A stretch of 64,000 nucleotides of DNA from the human T2T-CHM13v2.0 reference genome, Homo sapiens. Positions 1-14,290 of the stretch are shown one piece after another. The first letter of the stretch is position 1. Every line of letters starts with the position of its first letter. The notes under the pieces were generated by a model. That model was not told the DNA's origin. It saw only the letters and a list, made by a program, of their open reading frames with translations, and did no database searches. The translations under genes were made by a program, and so were the position numbers. Where the stretch lies: the NCBI RefSeq assembly GCF_009914755.1, contig NC_060936.1; one strand, 5' to 3'.

Positions 1-3316
<3,316 letters not shown>

Positions 3317-3416
3317 CGTGTGAGGCTGAGCAGAGTCTGAGAGGCAGCGGAAGGTGGTGCGGGCGGCAGAGTGCGAGGCTCAGGATCCTTCTGCTCTCTC
3401 TGATCCTCCCTGGTCC

Positions 3417-3640
3417 TTTTATTGGTGGGGAGAGCTGGGGTTGGCTGCATAAAAGGAGTGGAAAGCCATTTTATGTTGTTTATGGGCTTGGGGAGTTTGC
3501 CAGCAACTCCCCACGGACTCATCTTAAAGGTGAGCTCAGCAGCGACTCTGGGGCTCCCTGAAGTCTTGAAGATGTTATTAAGGAGACTGCATTTGAACTT
3601 TTCATCTTCAAAGCTCGTTTACATACATTAAGTAATTAAT
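3417..3640 (-). promoter_or_regulatory. KRT85 proximal promoter: variant TATA (AATAAAA 3417-3423), several TTTATG HOX13-type sites (3448-3486), LEF/TCF site CTTTGAAGA (3605-3613)
   Basis: Motifs read directly from the sequence; LEF1 and HOXC13 are established regulators of hair keratin promoters. Confidence 0.7.
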
Positions 3641-6600
3641 TTTCTCACAGTCTTTCTGTGAGATGGCCTCAACCCACACTTGGAGACGGATTTGAACTCC
3701 ACAACAGCCTGGGGGTGGCTGGGTTTGGGATACAGGCAGGAGCCATTGTCTCAAGGGAGAGGTTGGAGGGTCCTGGGTTAGGTGAGACTTGGGGGATCAT
3801 TGCATTCATCTATCTGGTTCCACAGAGGACACATTCTCAAGTAAATCATTGCATTTCAGGGCCAATAGGTCAGGCGAATCCCACCCCATCTAGGCAGCAT
3901 TGCTTGGAAGGTGGTTCAGGACCAGAGCGGTCATTTTGACCATGCCCGTGCCAGGATAGAAGGCTGGGGCAGATGATCTCTTGGAACCTTCTGGATTCCA
4001 GCCCAGAAGGCGCTGGTCCAGAGCTTTCACTTCTCACCCAGCAAAAGTGCAAACCACAGAACTCTCAGTGGCCACAATAATGGCCACTTGCGGATTATGG
4101 GGAGACTCCCTCTAGCCACTTTCTTCCATTCGGTCAAAAGGATTGGAGAACTCAACCTTGGGATAACCTGGGGGCTATAAATTTGCTGTGGGCACGTTTG
4201 CTTTGCTCTTTAAGAAGAAACAGGTCATGTGAGTCTCCCTTCCCAGACCACCAGCTACAAGAGGTATTCCTTCTGTTGGCCAGCCCTTGAATTGTCATCC
4301 CTAGAGGAGTGTTTAGAGACTGCATTGCACAAAGCTGGAAGTGGGATAGTGGTTTATTCTTGTCTAAGGTGGCTATGACTTCTGGCTCCTGGGGGTTCTG
4401 GGAGCCCCATCCTTCTAGTTTCTGCTTCCCTGTGTGTCCTTGGGACACTTATTAGGATAACAAGTGCTATTCTTTTAATGTTTATGGAGTACAAACCTTG
4501 GGGATGTGGGTCTGCCCCCAGGAAGGTTAGCCAGACACCCAAGTGTTAGGAACTTAAGGAAGAAGAGCCGATGAGCTTCCTCAGAGGGTGACTCCTCCTC
4601 CAGGAAGCCTTCCATAACCAAACACTGCCATCATGCTGCTGTTCTCATAAGTCCTTCACGAAATGCCCTGTACTCTGTCCTGCATCTGCTCTAATCTCCA
4701 CAGCCAGCTGACCTCACCCAGGACCTTCACCCAGGATCAGGCTGATCGATTCCCACCTCACCTCCACATTCCACATTGTTCTTCAGGGCAGGGTAGAGAG
4801 ACCTTGGCAGCTGGTGGGGGAAGAGCAGGTGGTCTCACCAGCTGACCCTAGAACATATGCAGATCATAATCATCCATGGAAAAGCAACTGGGTTTGGCAA
4901 CCCGGGCAATGGAATCAAAGCTGGAAGACCTGGTTCAAGGGCCAGTTTGGATCCTTCCTAGCTGTATGGTTTTGGAGGAAGTTCTTAAACTCTCTGAGCC
5001 TCTGTTTCCTTAACTGTAATGTGGATTCATCCTTACCTTCCCGGGCTGTTGGGAGGGTGAAGAGGATGATATGTGAGGGAAAGCTCTGTGTAAAGGAAAG
5101 GGACTGTTGCTTTCCACGAGAAACATTCCCACCTGCCTCACCCAGCAGAAAGGGCTGTTCCTTGCCCTGCCACAGCCTTCACCTCCTCTGCACATTTATG
5201 ACTCCTTCACCCTTTCAAGACTGCTTTTAATGTTTTTTTTTTTAGTCTGATTTCACTTGTATAGCAATTTTGGGTGGAGTCTGGGGACAGAGAGAGGAGG
5301 CTGTATGGGGGAGCTCAGTGTGGGGCCTATTGCTGGGATACAGGGATGTTTGGACAGTGAGTTCACTGACTGACTGCCATGTAGACCTGGAGCTGGTGTG
5401 GTATGGGCCAAGAGGGATTCCTGGAGAAGGGTGGGGTCCGAACGTGGCAGGTAGAGGGGACTGAAAGCCCAGAAACACCTGCCTCTCTCCACAACTCCCG
5501 TAAGCCTCTGCCCTCCTCCAGGTTCTTAAAGATGATGGGACCAGAGACATTTCTCTTCCTTCTTGGGGGCAGGAGGTTTTGTCCTGGAGGGAGGCTCCTG
5601 TTTCAGCTGCTTTCCCTTGCACCCAACACACACCCCATCCAACCCTCCACCCTAAATGGGAAGGGAAGGTGGGGCCAGGGGATTCAGGAGTCTGGGGGTA
5701 TTCCACTGTTTCCAGAGCTAAGATACCTCTACAGGACCAGCAGGTCTGTCCAGCCCAAGGGTATGAGCCCCTTCGAGGGTGTGCGGGGGTGAGACAGGCC
5801 CACCCTGCCCACAGGAATGTGCTCGTGCGTGCTGGGTGAAGCTTGCATCACTGCTGATGGCAGTGCTGAGCCCAGGGCTGGGGCTGGGGGCTTCCCAGGA
5901 TGCTGTCCAGGTGGAGCTTCGGATTGGAGGAGCTGGACTGAGGGCAAAGCCTTGAGGGGAGCAGATTCCTTACGGGGCTGGCCCCAGGTGGTCCAGGGCC
6001 AGGGAGCAAGTCAGGCCAGGTGGATCTGGCACAGCTGCCCTGGAAAGACCTGGGCCTTTGCTTATGGTTCTACCCAGGGAGGACACAGAGAACACATAGC
6101 CTCCTGCCTGCCTCTAGCCATCACCCAACCACTCTGCCCAGTGGAACCCAAGTCGTTGCCCTGAGAGTCAGGATCTTTTGGGGGCTGGGAGCCCCATCTC
6201 CTTTCAGTGTCTCACCCTCATTCACTGTGCCCTCATTCACCTGTGCCCTATTGCATCCCTCTTCCTTCCACCAACCTTCTCCCTGTTACACCTTGGCCTG
6301 GAATGTCTCAGAATAGCTGCCTCTTCCAGGAAGGCTTTGTGAGCTCATCGGGGGAGGCTGTGATTTCTCCTCCCTGCTGTCTCATAAATGCCCTCTCTGG
6401 GGCTCCCCAGGTAACTCCATTTATCCCCTTCTACACTCTCTTGTCCTAAGGACTGTCACTCATCACCTCCTTTGGCTCTGTCCCCTCTTGTACCCTGCAC
6501 CTTTTGAAGGCCCCATCTAGTTTCGGGAATCTGAAGAATCCACGACCTTCCCATAATTTAAACTGCTCCCAAGTGGCTTCTTCTTCCAGAAAGTCTTCAA

Positions 6601-7599
6601 GAACTACTTGAGGAGAGAAGTTCTTTACTCTACCCTGGAGCTCCAGGCAACCTCTGAGACCTCCTGTGAATCTGCTCCACTCCAGAGGTACATATTCTGG
6701 GGTTTTCTCAGAGGCCTCACTGCTCCCACCTCAGCCCCACTCTCAGGCGGTGCTTTTTACCTGAGCTGGGATGCTCCCTGGGGCAGCTGGCTCTCCCCAA
6801 CCCCAGAGGCCCACTACCTCCCTTCCCTTCTGCTTTTTCTACTGTGCTAAAATCCCCTCCTTCCAGGAAGACTTCCTGGATTTGTCCAAAGACAGGAGGG
6901 TGCTGACACCTTCCCCATCCTGCACTGTCTGTCCTCCCAGTTTTGTGTTTGTGCCTGCCTGGGCTCTTGTGGGTTGTCTTCCCATCCCTCCTAGTGGGCT
7001 GGTCCCCCTCAGTCAGTCCTGATGGGCTCCCCATGGACAAGGCCTGCACAGCTGATTCAAACTGGGTACCGCCCTTTGCCTCTGCTGGCCACACTTTTAT
7101 TATGCATCTAAGGCTACGCCACTGCCGCTGCTGAGACGCAGCTCTTGGAGGCTCTTCTTAGCCCTCTTTCCCTCTCTTTGACTTTCACAAGACTTGGGCA
7201 TGATTCAGGGACCCTAAGTGAGAGAAAGGAGGGTCAGAGCAACTCTACGTTCTCCAGTGTGTCATGGCGGGGTTCCGTGCCCAGCTGACACAGCTGCTCC
7301 CTGGCCTGCTCCACGGCAACTCCAAGAAACTCCATTCTCCTCCCGAACTCTGTCCACGTGCCTTCCTATTGGCAGCATTCCCTGGTGCTTTGCTGTTTTC
7401 CATGGTTACTCGGGATCAGAGCAGTGGCTCAGTCGTTACAGAGCCTCTGATTTCAGGAATGTACTGCATGAATGGTTTTGAAATGTTTTCTTTCTTTTCT
7501 TTTTGGCAGTTGAGCCATCTCCCCAAATCCTAGGAGGAAAACAGCTATATAAAGCCATGTATTTACTTATGTAGTTATAGAATAGATAAGATTGACATG

Positions 7600-8232
7600 C
7601 TGGTCTCCCTGTTTGCCCCTGGCCCTCCAACTCCATTCTCAGCCGAGGAGAGTAAGCCCCGTAAAACATAAGTTGGATCATGTCTCTACCCTGCTCAAAC
7701 ACCCAACTCCCCATTTTGCTTGGAGTCCTAACAATGGCCAACAAGGCCCTGCACTGCCTGTCTGTGTTGTGGCCTTTGTCACCGGTCTCCCTGTGTTCAG
7801 CAACCACAGTGACCTCCCACTGGAGCACCAGGACAGGGTGCACTCCTGACTCAGGGCCTGTGCCCTGCTGTCTCTTCCACCCAAATTCTCCCCTGTCATC
7901 CAAGTGGCTTGCCCATTGCCTCCTGCAGGGCTTTGCCCCTATACCATCTCTCTGACCCTTTAAAAAAATGGCAACCTGCCCTCCACCCCAGGGCACTCTC
8001 CATCCAGCTTATCTTGCTCTTATTTATTTATTTTTCCATCACACTTAACACAGTCCAGAATTTACTTATTTATTCTATTTGTGGATTATTGTCTGTTTTT
8101 CCCATCACCCCAAAGTAAACTCCATGGAAGCAGAGATTTTGTCTGTTTTGTTCATTTTGTTCACCTAGAAAAGTGCTGGGAATATAGTAAGTGCTCAGTA
8201 AATATTGTTGACTGATGAATGTATAAATGAAT
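7600..8232 (+). mobile_element. L2 LINE 3' fragment (approximate ends)
   Basis: Typical L2 tail: aaactccatggaagcagag...tagtaagtgctcagtaaatattgttgactgatgaat. Confidence 0.65.
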
Positions 8233-9019
8233 GGCTATCTTGGATACTTTAGATATTTGAGGTTTGGCAGAAAATGACAGCTTGTGGGAAGCCTTGGCCC
8301 TTGAGCCCCGAGGAACACATGCAGTTTGAAAGCCATGGGACTAAGACCCCTCCCTGGCTCTTTCCTGCTTCAAGGCTGTGGTTTTCTGAATACCCATGGA
8401 GACAAAGAACACAGAACGGTGAAAACGGCTGGGTTGGGCTGGTGAGAAAGGAGATAGATTTATTTTTAAAAGCTGTTACTTATTGTTTTTATGTTTGTGT
8501 CCTAATTACAAATCTGGAGAAAAACAAAATGGTTTTACAAGACTCTAAGCTCCCTCCTCTCCTTGCTATATTGCACAAGCCAATCCTGCTGGTAGCCTGC
8601 TTTGAAAATCTCCTACGCCTTCTTGTCCGAAGTTGGTGGCCAGAAGAGGGCAGCAAATTCCCACAGCTGGCCTGGCAGCAGTTCAGTCATGGCAGAAGCA
8701 GAGAAGGCCAGGGATCTGCCTGCAGCTGGCTCTGGTTTCCAGATCTTTGGAAGCTGGAGACAGTCCCTGACGCTTCTGCATCCACCTGTGGTTGGTACTG
8801 GAGTGGCTGAGCTGCTGACAAAGCTATTGTTCATTGACAAAAGAGAAACACCACCACCACCACCACTACTGAAGCAATTGTGTACCCACTGTGGGCCAGG
8901 TTGAGTGCCAAGCACCTTGGATTACCATTGCATGTCATCCCCACATCTCTTTGAGGTACGACATATTTTTCCATTTTACAAATGAGGCAAGAGGCGTATT
9001 GAGATTACGTGACAGGCAG

Positions 9020-9230
9020 AACAGCACAGTGGTGGTGAGCATGGGCTCAGGAGTCAGAGCTCCTGTGCCTCACCACTTATTTAACCTCTCTGGGCCTCAG
9101 TTTTGTCATCTGTCAAATGGGAAATAATAAAAGCACCTACCACCTAAGGATATTGAAAGAATAAAATGAGTTAACCTGTGAGAATTATTTGGAACACTAC
9201 TCAGTTCAACATATGTTAGGTATTATTGTT
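9020..9230 (+). mobile_element. MIR SINE remnant (approximate ends)
   Basis: ttaacctctctgggcctcagttttgtcatctgtcaaatgggaaataataa. Confidence 0.7.
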
Positions 9231-9339
9231 ACCTCTCATTACCTTTGGTCACGCAGCCAGTAAGTGGAAGACCTGGGATTGAACTCAGGTCTGCCTGTGC
9301 CCTTGTCCATGGGTTTGACCCCTATGTCATCTCTGGGAG

Positions 9340-11760
9340 ATAACTGACATATTAATAATATTGAGTCTTCCAGCTCATTAACACAGTATATCTTTCTATT
9401 TATTTAAGTTTTCTTTGATTTCTTTCATTAATGTTTTGTAGTTTTCAGCATACAGATCCTCATATACTTTTTAAAGGTTTATGCCTAAGTATTTATCCTT
9501 TGGAATTAAATGGTACTATTGGAAATGATATTTCAACAATTTTTTAATTTCCATTGCTGGTGTATAGAAATACAATTGATTTCTGTATATTGACCTTGCA
9601 TCCTGCAACCTTCCTAAAGTCACTTATTAGCTCTAGTAGATATTTAAATAAAGATTTCCTAGAATTTTCTATATAGAAAATGAAGACTTCTGAGCTGTAT
9701 TTCTTCCTTTCCAACCTGTATATTTTTGCCTTAGTTCAGTGGCCAGGACAGCTTGTACAATACTAAGAGTGGTGTAAGCAGACTTCTTTATTTTGTATCT
9801 AATCTTAGAGAGAAAGCATTCAGTCTTTTACCATTAAGTATGCTGTCAGCTGTAGGTTTTTTTTTTTTTAGATTTCATTTGCCAGGCTAAGAAAGTTCCC
9901 TTCAATTTCTAGTTTGCTGAGAGTTCTCTCTCTTTTAAGCCAAGAATGGATGTTAAATTTTGTCAAATGCTTTTTCTGCATCTGTCAAGATAATTATACT
10001 GTTTCTCCTATTTAGTCTGTTGATATCATGAATTACATTAATAGACTTTTGAAAGTTGAACCAACCTTGCATTCCCAGGCTAAACTGTCATTGGTTATGA
10101 TATACTATCCTTTCATTTGTTACTGTGCTTACTTTACTAATGCCTTGCTGAAGATTTTTTCATTTCTGTTCATTAAGGATACTAGTTTATAGCTTTCTTT
10201 TCTTATAATGTCATTGGGTTTTGGTGCAGGGTAATGCTGGTCTCAAAAAGAATTGAGACGTTTTCCCTTCTCTTATGTTTTCTGGAAGAGTTTGGGTTGA
10301 ATTCTTTCTTAAATGTTTGGTAGAATTCACAAGTGAAAATGCTTAGGCCTGAATTCTTCTCTGTGAGAAGGTTTAAAACTGTACATTCAGTGCACACTTA
10401 CTAGATATAGAGCTATTCAGGCAGGACTGGCTACATAATTTACAAGGTCTATCTTGGTGAATGTTCCCTATTATCACTTGAAAAGAATGTATACTTTTCT
10501 GTTTGGGGTGGTGTGCTCTATAAATGTCAAGTAAATGAGGTTGATTGAAAGTGACACAAATTACCAAAGACAGTGACAGTAGGCATTAAACTTTCCTTCT
10601 GTTAATCTGTCTTTGGTCATCTTAATTCACAGACTCCAAGCACTAAAACTAAGTGGGTAAAGGAAAGCTTTTTCTCCCTGACAGTGTGTTTCGACCATTT
10701 ATGCTATATGTAATTATTAATATTGTTTTATTTAAGGTCTGTGATTTTATTATTTGTTTTCTTTTTGGCCTTTCTGATGTTTCTCTATTCTTTTTTATCT
10801 TCTTTGGATTATTTAGATATTAATATATTTTCCTTTGATCTATGACTTAAAAAACTTATTTATTATTATAATTATTCTTATTTTTGCAGAGAAAGGGTCT
10901 TCTGATATTACCAAGGCTGGTCTCGAACTTCTGTGCTCAAGTGATTCTCCTGCCTCAGCCTCCTACAGTGTTAAGATTGCAGGCGTCAGCCACCACGCCT
11001 GACCTCTATTGATTTTTGAGTGTATCTCTATGTATTACTTTTTAGTGGCTACTCTAGAGATACAATGTATGTAATCTACTTTTTCACAGTCTACTTAGAG
11101 GTGATATTTTATCACTTACGTTTACCTTCCCCAGTTTATGTGACAGTCATCATAGATATTGCATCTATATAAATTAAAACCCCATCACTAGTTATCATTT
11201 TTATTTTCAATAGTCATATACATTTTAAAGAACATAAAAGAAACAAAAATAAATTTTATATTTACCCAGATATTTACCATTTCTGTTGTTCTTCCTTTAT
11301 TCCTGAAATTACGTTTCTCTCTGATATCGTTTCCTTTTAGAGCAAGTCTGCAAATGGCAAATTCTCTTAGTTTTCCTTCGTCTGAGAATGTCTTTTTGTT
11401 TCTTTGTTGGTTTCGTTTTCTTTTTGCCTTTGCTTCTGAAGGAGACTTTTGCTGGCTGTAGAATTCTGTGTTTACAGTCCCTCCCCCCTCCACAACCCTT
11501 GGCACTTTAAATGTGATGTGCCACCATCGTCTGTCTTTCATGGTTTCTGATGAGAAATCTATGATAATTTGAACGATTATTCCCCTATATGTAATGTGTT
11601 ATTTTCCTCTAGCTTAAAAAAAACTTTAAAAAAATCTTATGTTCTCTTTATTCTTCAGATTGGATAATTTCTATTGATCTGTCTTCAAGTTATTGACTCT
11701 CCTTTGTCTACTTCTTTTTGTTATGGGCCCATCAATGACTTAAAAAATGTCAAATATTAA
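9340..11760 (-). mobile_element. Old fragmented L1 (L1M-type) with an inserted Alu monomer (approximate ends)
   Basis: Abrupt AT/T-rich block with L1 ORF2 antisense signatures (agcattcagtcttttaccattaagtatg, ttttgtcaaatgctttttctgcatct); minus-strand ORF remnant HLLDIYRAHHPK is L1-endonuclease-like. Confidence 0.8.
10875..11004 (-). mobile_element. Alu monomer (FLAM-like) inside L1
   Basis: ccaaggctggtctcgaacttctgtgctcaagtgattctcctgcctcagcc. Confidence 0.8.
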
Positions 11761-12149
11761 AATTGCCCCCAAGGGGTGTGTGTGACTTTGCACGTAGAAG
11801 ATGAGGTGGGAAGTCATGAGCTCCTGGAAGCAGGAGGGCCAGTGGCTGGTGACCCCACCATCATGCAGGGCCTGAGGCTGTGAGCAGGGCAACCTCTACA
11901 TCCTCAGGGTGCTGGCTGGGGTCTTGGCAATGCAGAACATATAAAAATGAGAGATGTGCTTCCTGCTCCCTCAGAAGAACTGTCTTGGAGTGAGGCTGAC
12001 CAGCAAACCATTCCTACTATGAGACATGTGCCCCAATGGAGCTGTGCTGTTCGTGACTGTGCCTTGGCTGACTCCTGTCCCCACCTGACGCTATGTCTTG
12101 CACTCTATGCTATAGTCATGGCCAATTTCAACTCCAGGCAAATCCTCAA

Positions 12150-12540
12150 ACTTCTGCTCTCTCCAACGTCTTGGTTTTTGCACATGCTGTTGTTGCCTCT
12201 GCTTGGGACACTTCTTCCTTCTTAGTATGGCTAATTCATCATCCTTCACACCTCTGCTGGGACATTATATCCTTCAGGAAGCATTTAATGTTGCCCCAAG
12301 TCTGGGCGGGGCCTCTTGTCTGGGTAGTACAGCATGAGTTCTGCTTTTAATATAGTACTTAGCATATTGAGTCAAGTGCTTATGCACTTGTCCATCTATC
12401 AGACATGTGCACTTGTCCATCTATCAGACAGGACTGTAAGCTCTTTGAGGGCCGGAATTGAATCTTGTCAATTACCATTTTCCCAGCATCATGCCTGGTA
12501 TGTGGTAGGCACTTCTCAAATGTTTGTTGGATGAATAGAC
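12150..12540 (+). mobile_element. L2 3' fragment (approximate ends)
   Basis: actgtaagctctttgagggc...cctggtatgtggtaggcacttctcaaatgtttgttggatgaat. Confidence 0.6.
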
Positions 12541-13171
12541 AAAAGATGAGAGGTGGGCAGTGGGCTGTGTGGAGGGGATGGCTGGGGGTGGAAGTCTACG
12601 GGCAGATCACACAGGGCTTGTATGCCATGTTAAGGAGCTTGGGCTATTTCTGGGAGGCAACGGGGAGCTACCGAAGGATATGAGCTGCGGGGAACCACAG
12701 TCAGTTTTTTATGTGAGAAAGGCCTTTCTAGCAGCATCGTGATGAATGAGTTGGATGGAGACACGAGTGGGAACAGAAAGACCAGGAAGGACCTATAATG
12801 AACTGATGAACTGGGGGAACTGAGGGTGGGTGAGACCTGGGGAGCAACAGATGGCAGGGTTCACTTTGGTCAGGGGAGGGTGCCTCTGAGCACAAGGCTA
12901 TTCCCAGTGGTGGGGGGAAGTGGGCAGTGGGCTGGCTGCCACTTGTTTTTGGAGCCTTTGCTACCTCTCCTATGCCCTGCAGAACTGTCAGTCCCTCCAG
13001 CGAATGGCCTGGGCCCTCTTTCCTCAGTGCCTTCCCTGTGCCCAGGACACCAGTCTCTGCCCTACCTCAGCTAGGCAGGCTGTGATCTGGTGGAGTCTAG
13101 GAGGCAACTCCTCCAACCCCAGTGTGATCCAGAAGGAGAGGCCAGAGTCCCTGTGAGGTGAGCTTGGCAAG

Positions 13172-13177
13172 TTTATT
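13172..13177 (-). terminator. Candidate KRT84 polyadenylation signal AATAAA
   Basis: First canonical AATAAA I found on the minus strand, about 770 nt after the KRT84 stop. Confidence 0.55.
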
Positions 13178-13943
13178 GAAAACCCAGGAACACAAAGAGC
13201 AGTGCACACAGGCAGCCCACCCCACCCAACCCCCAGGCCTCCTTGGAGCTTGCAGACACAACCCTGCAGTGGACAGGGCTGGGCCTCACACCACGAGCAG
13301 GGGCAGGAGTACGGGGATCATTGCAAAGCCCGCCTGTCCGCCTGCACCCCACCTCGTGGACTTGCATGCTGGAGTTACACCAACAAACCAGGAAGAGAAA
13401 CAGCCGGAGAGAAGCCACTGGGAGAAAAGCCATCTCGGGGTTTAGGGAGCCTGGGGCCACCAAGGACTGGGATCCCCTTCATCAGGGAGAGAAGGAAAGA
13501 ACCTTCTCCTACCAGAGAAAGGAAGAAGAAGGAAGTGAAGGATGTGGAGTTAAGGATGCCTGCAGTGTGGACGGTCAACTCCATTCTCCAAATTAACCCA
13601 AAGCCACGGGTGGTGAGGGCACTGGGTGGATTGTTGTTATTGCACGGAATGTGCATTTCTCCAGGCTGTTGCTGACAGGGAGAGGAGTGATCCAAAGGAC
13701 AGAAATTGGGAGGCAGGGAGAAGCCAGCTTAGCTGGAACTGCTAATGGAGCATCTACATGGCAGAAAAATCCTCCAAGAGGACATGGGGCCAGGCAGAAT
13801 AATCGGGGGAGTGCTAAGGGGTGGCTTCCTGGCAGAAAGGGGAGCTGGAGACCGTCAAGCCCAGAGCCCACGAACCCTGGGGGCAGAAGCAGGAGCCGTG
13901 GAGCTGGTTCTTCTCTGGGCAGCAGCTGTCTGGGGCTGGGCTC

Positions 13944-14290
13944 TCAGTACTTGGTCCGGCAGGAGGTGGTGGTGGACACAAAGCGGACGCTGGAGCTGCG
14001 GCCGCCGCTGCAGCTGCTGAAGCCCCCCTGGGTGGGCAGGGGGCAGGGGACGCTGGGGACACAGGCCTCGCTGATGAGCATGGAGCCACTCCTTGTGCCA
14101 GTGCTCAGCAGGTCCCCAGTGGCCGGGGCGACCCGGGCTCCACCCAGGCTGGGGCCACAGGAAGCCAGGACCCCACTGGTGGCACAGACGCTGCTGCTAC
14201 CTGAGAAGGTGACCCCGCCGCGGGAGAGGGTGGAGCCGGCAACCAAAGGCTCAGGCCCGCACACCAGGCCGCCCCGGGAGCTGCTGACGG
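13944..14290 (-). CDS. KRT84: KRT84 exon 9 coding part
   Basis: CAG|CC GTC AGC...SCRTKY TGA. Confidence 0.95.
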
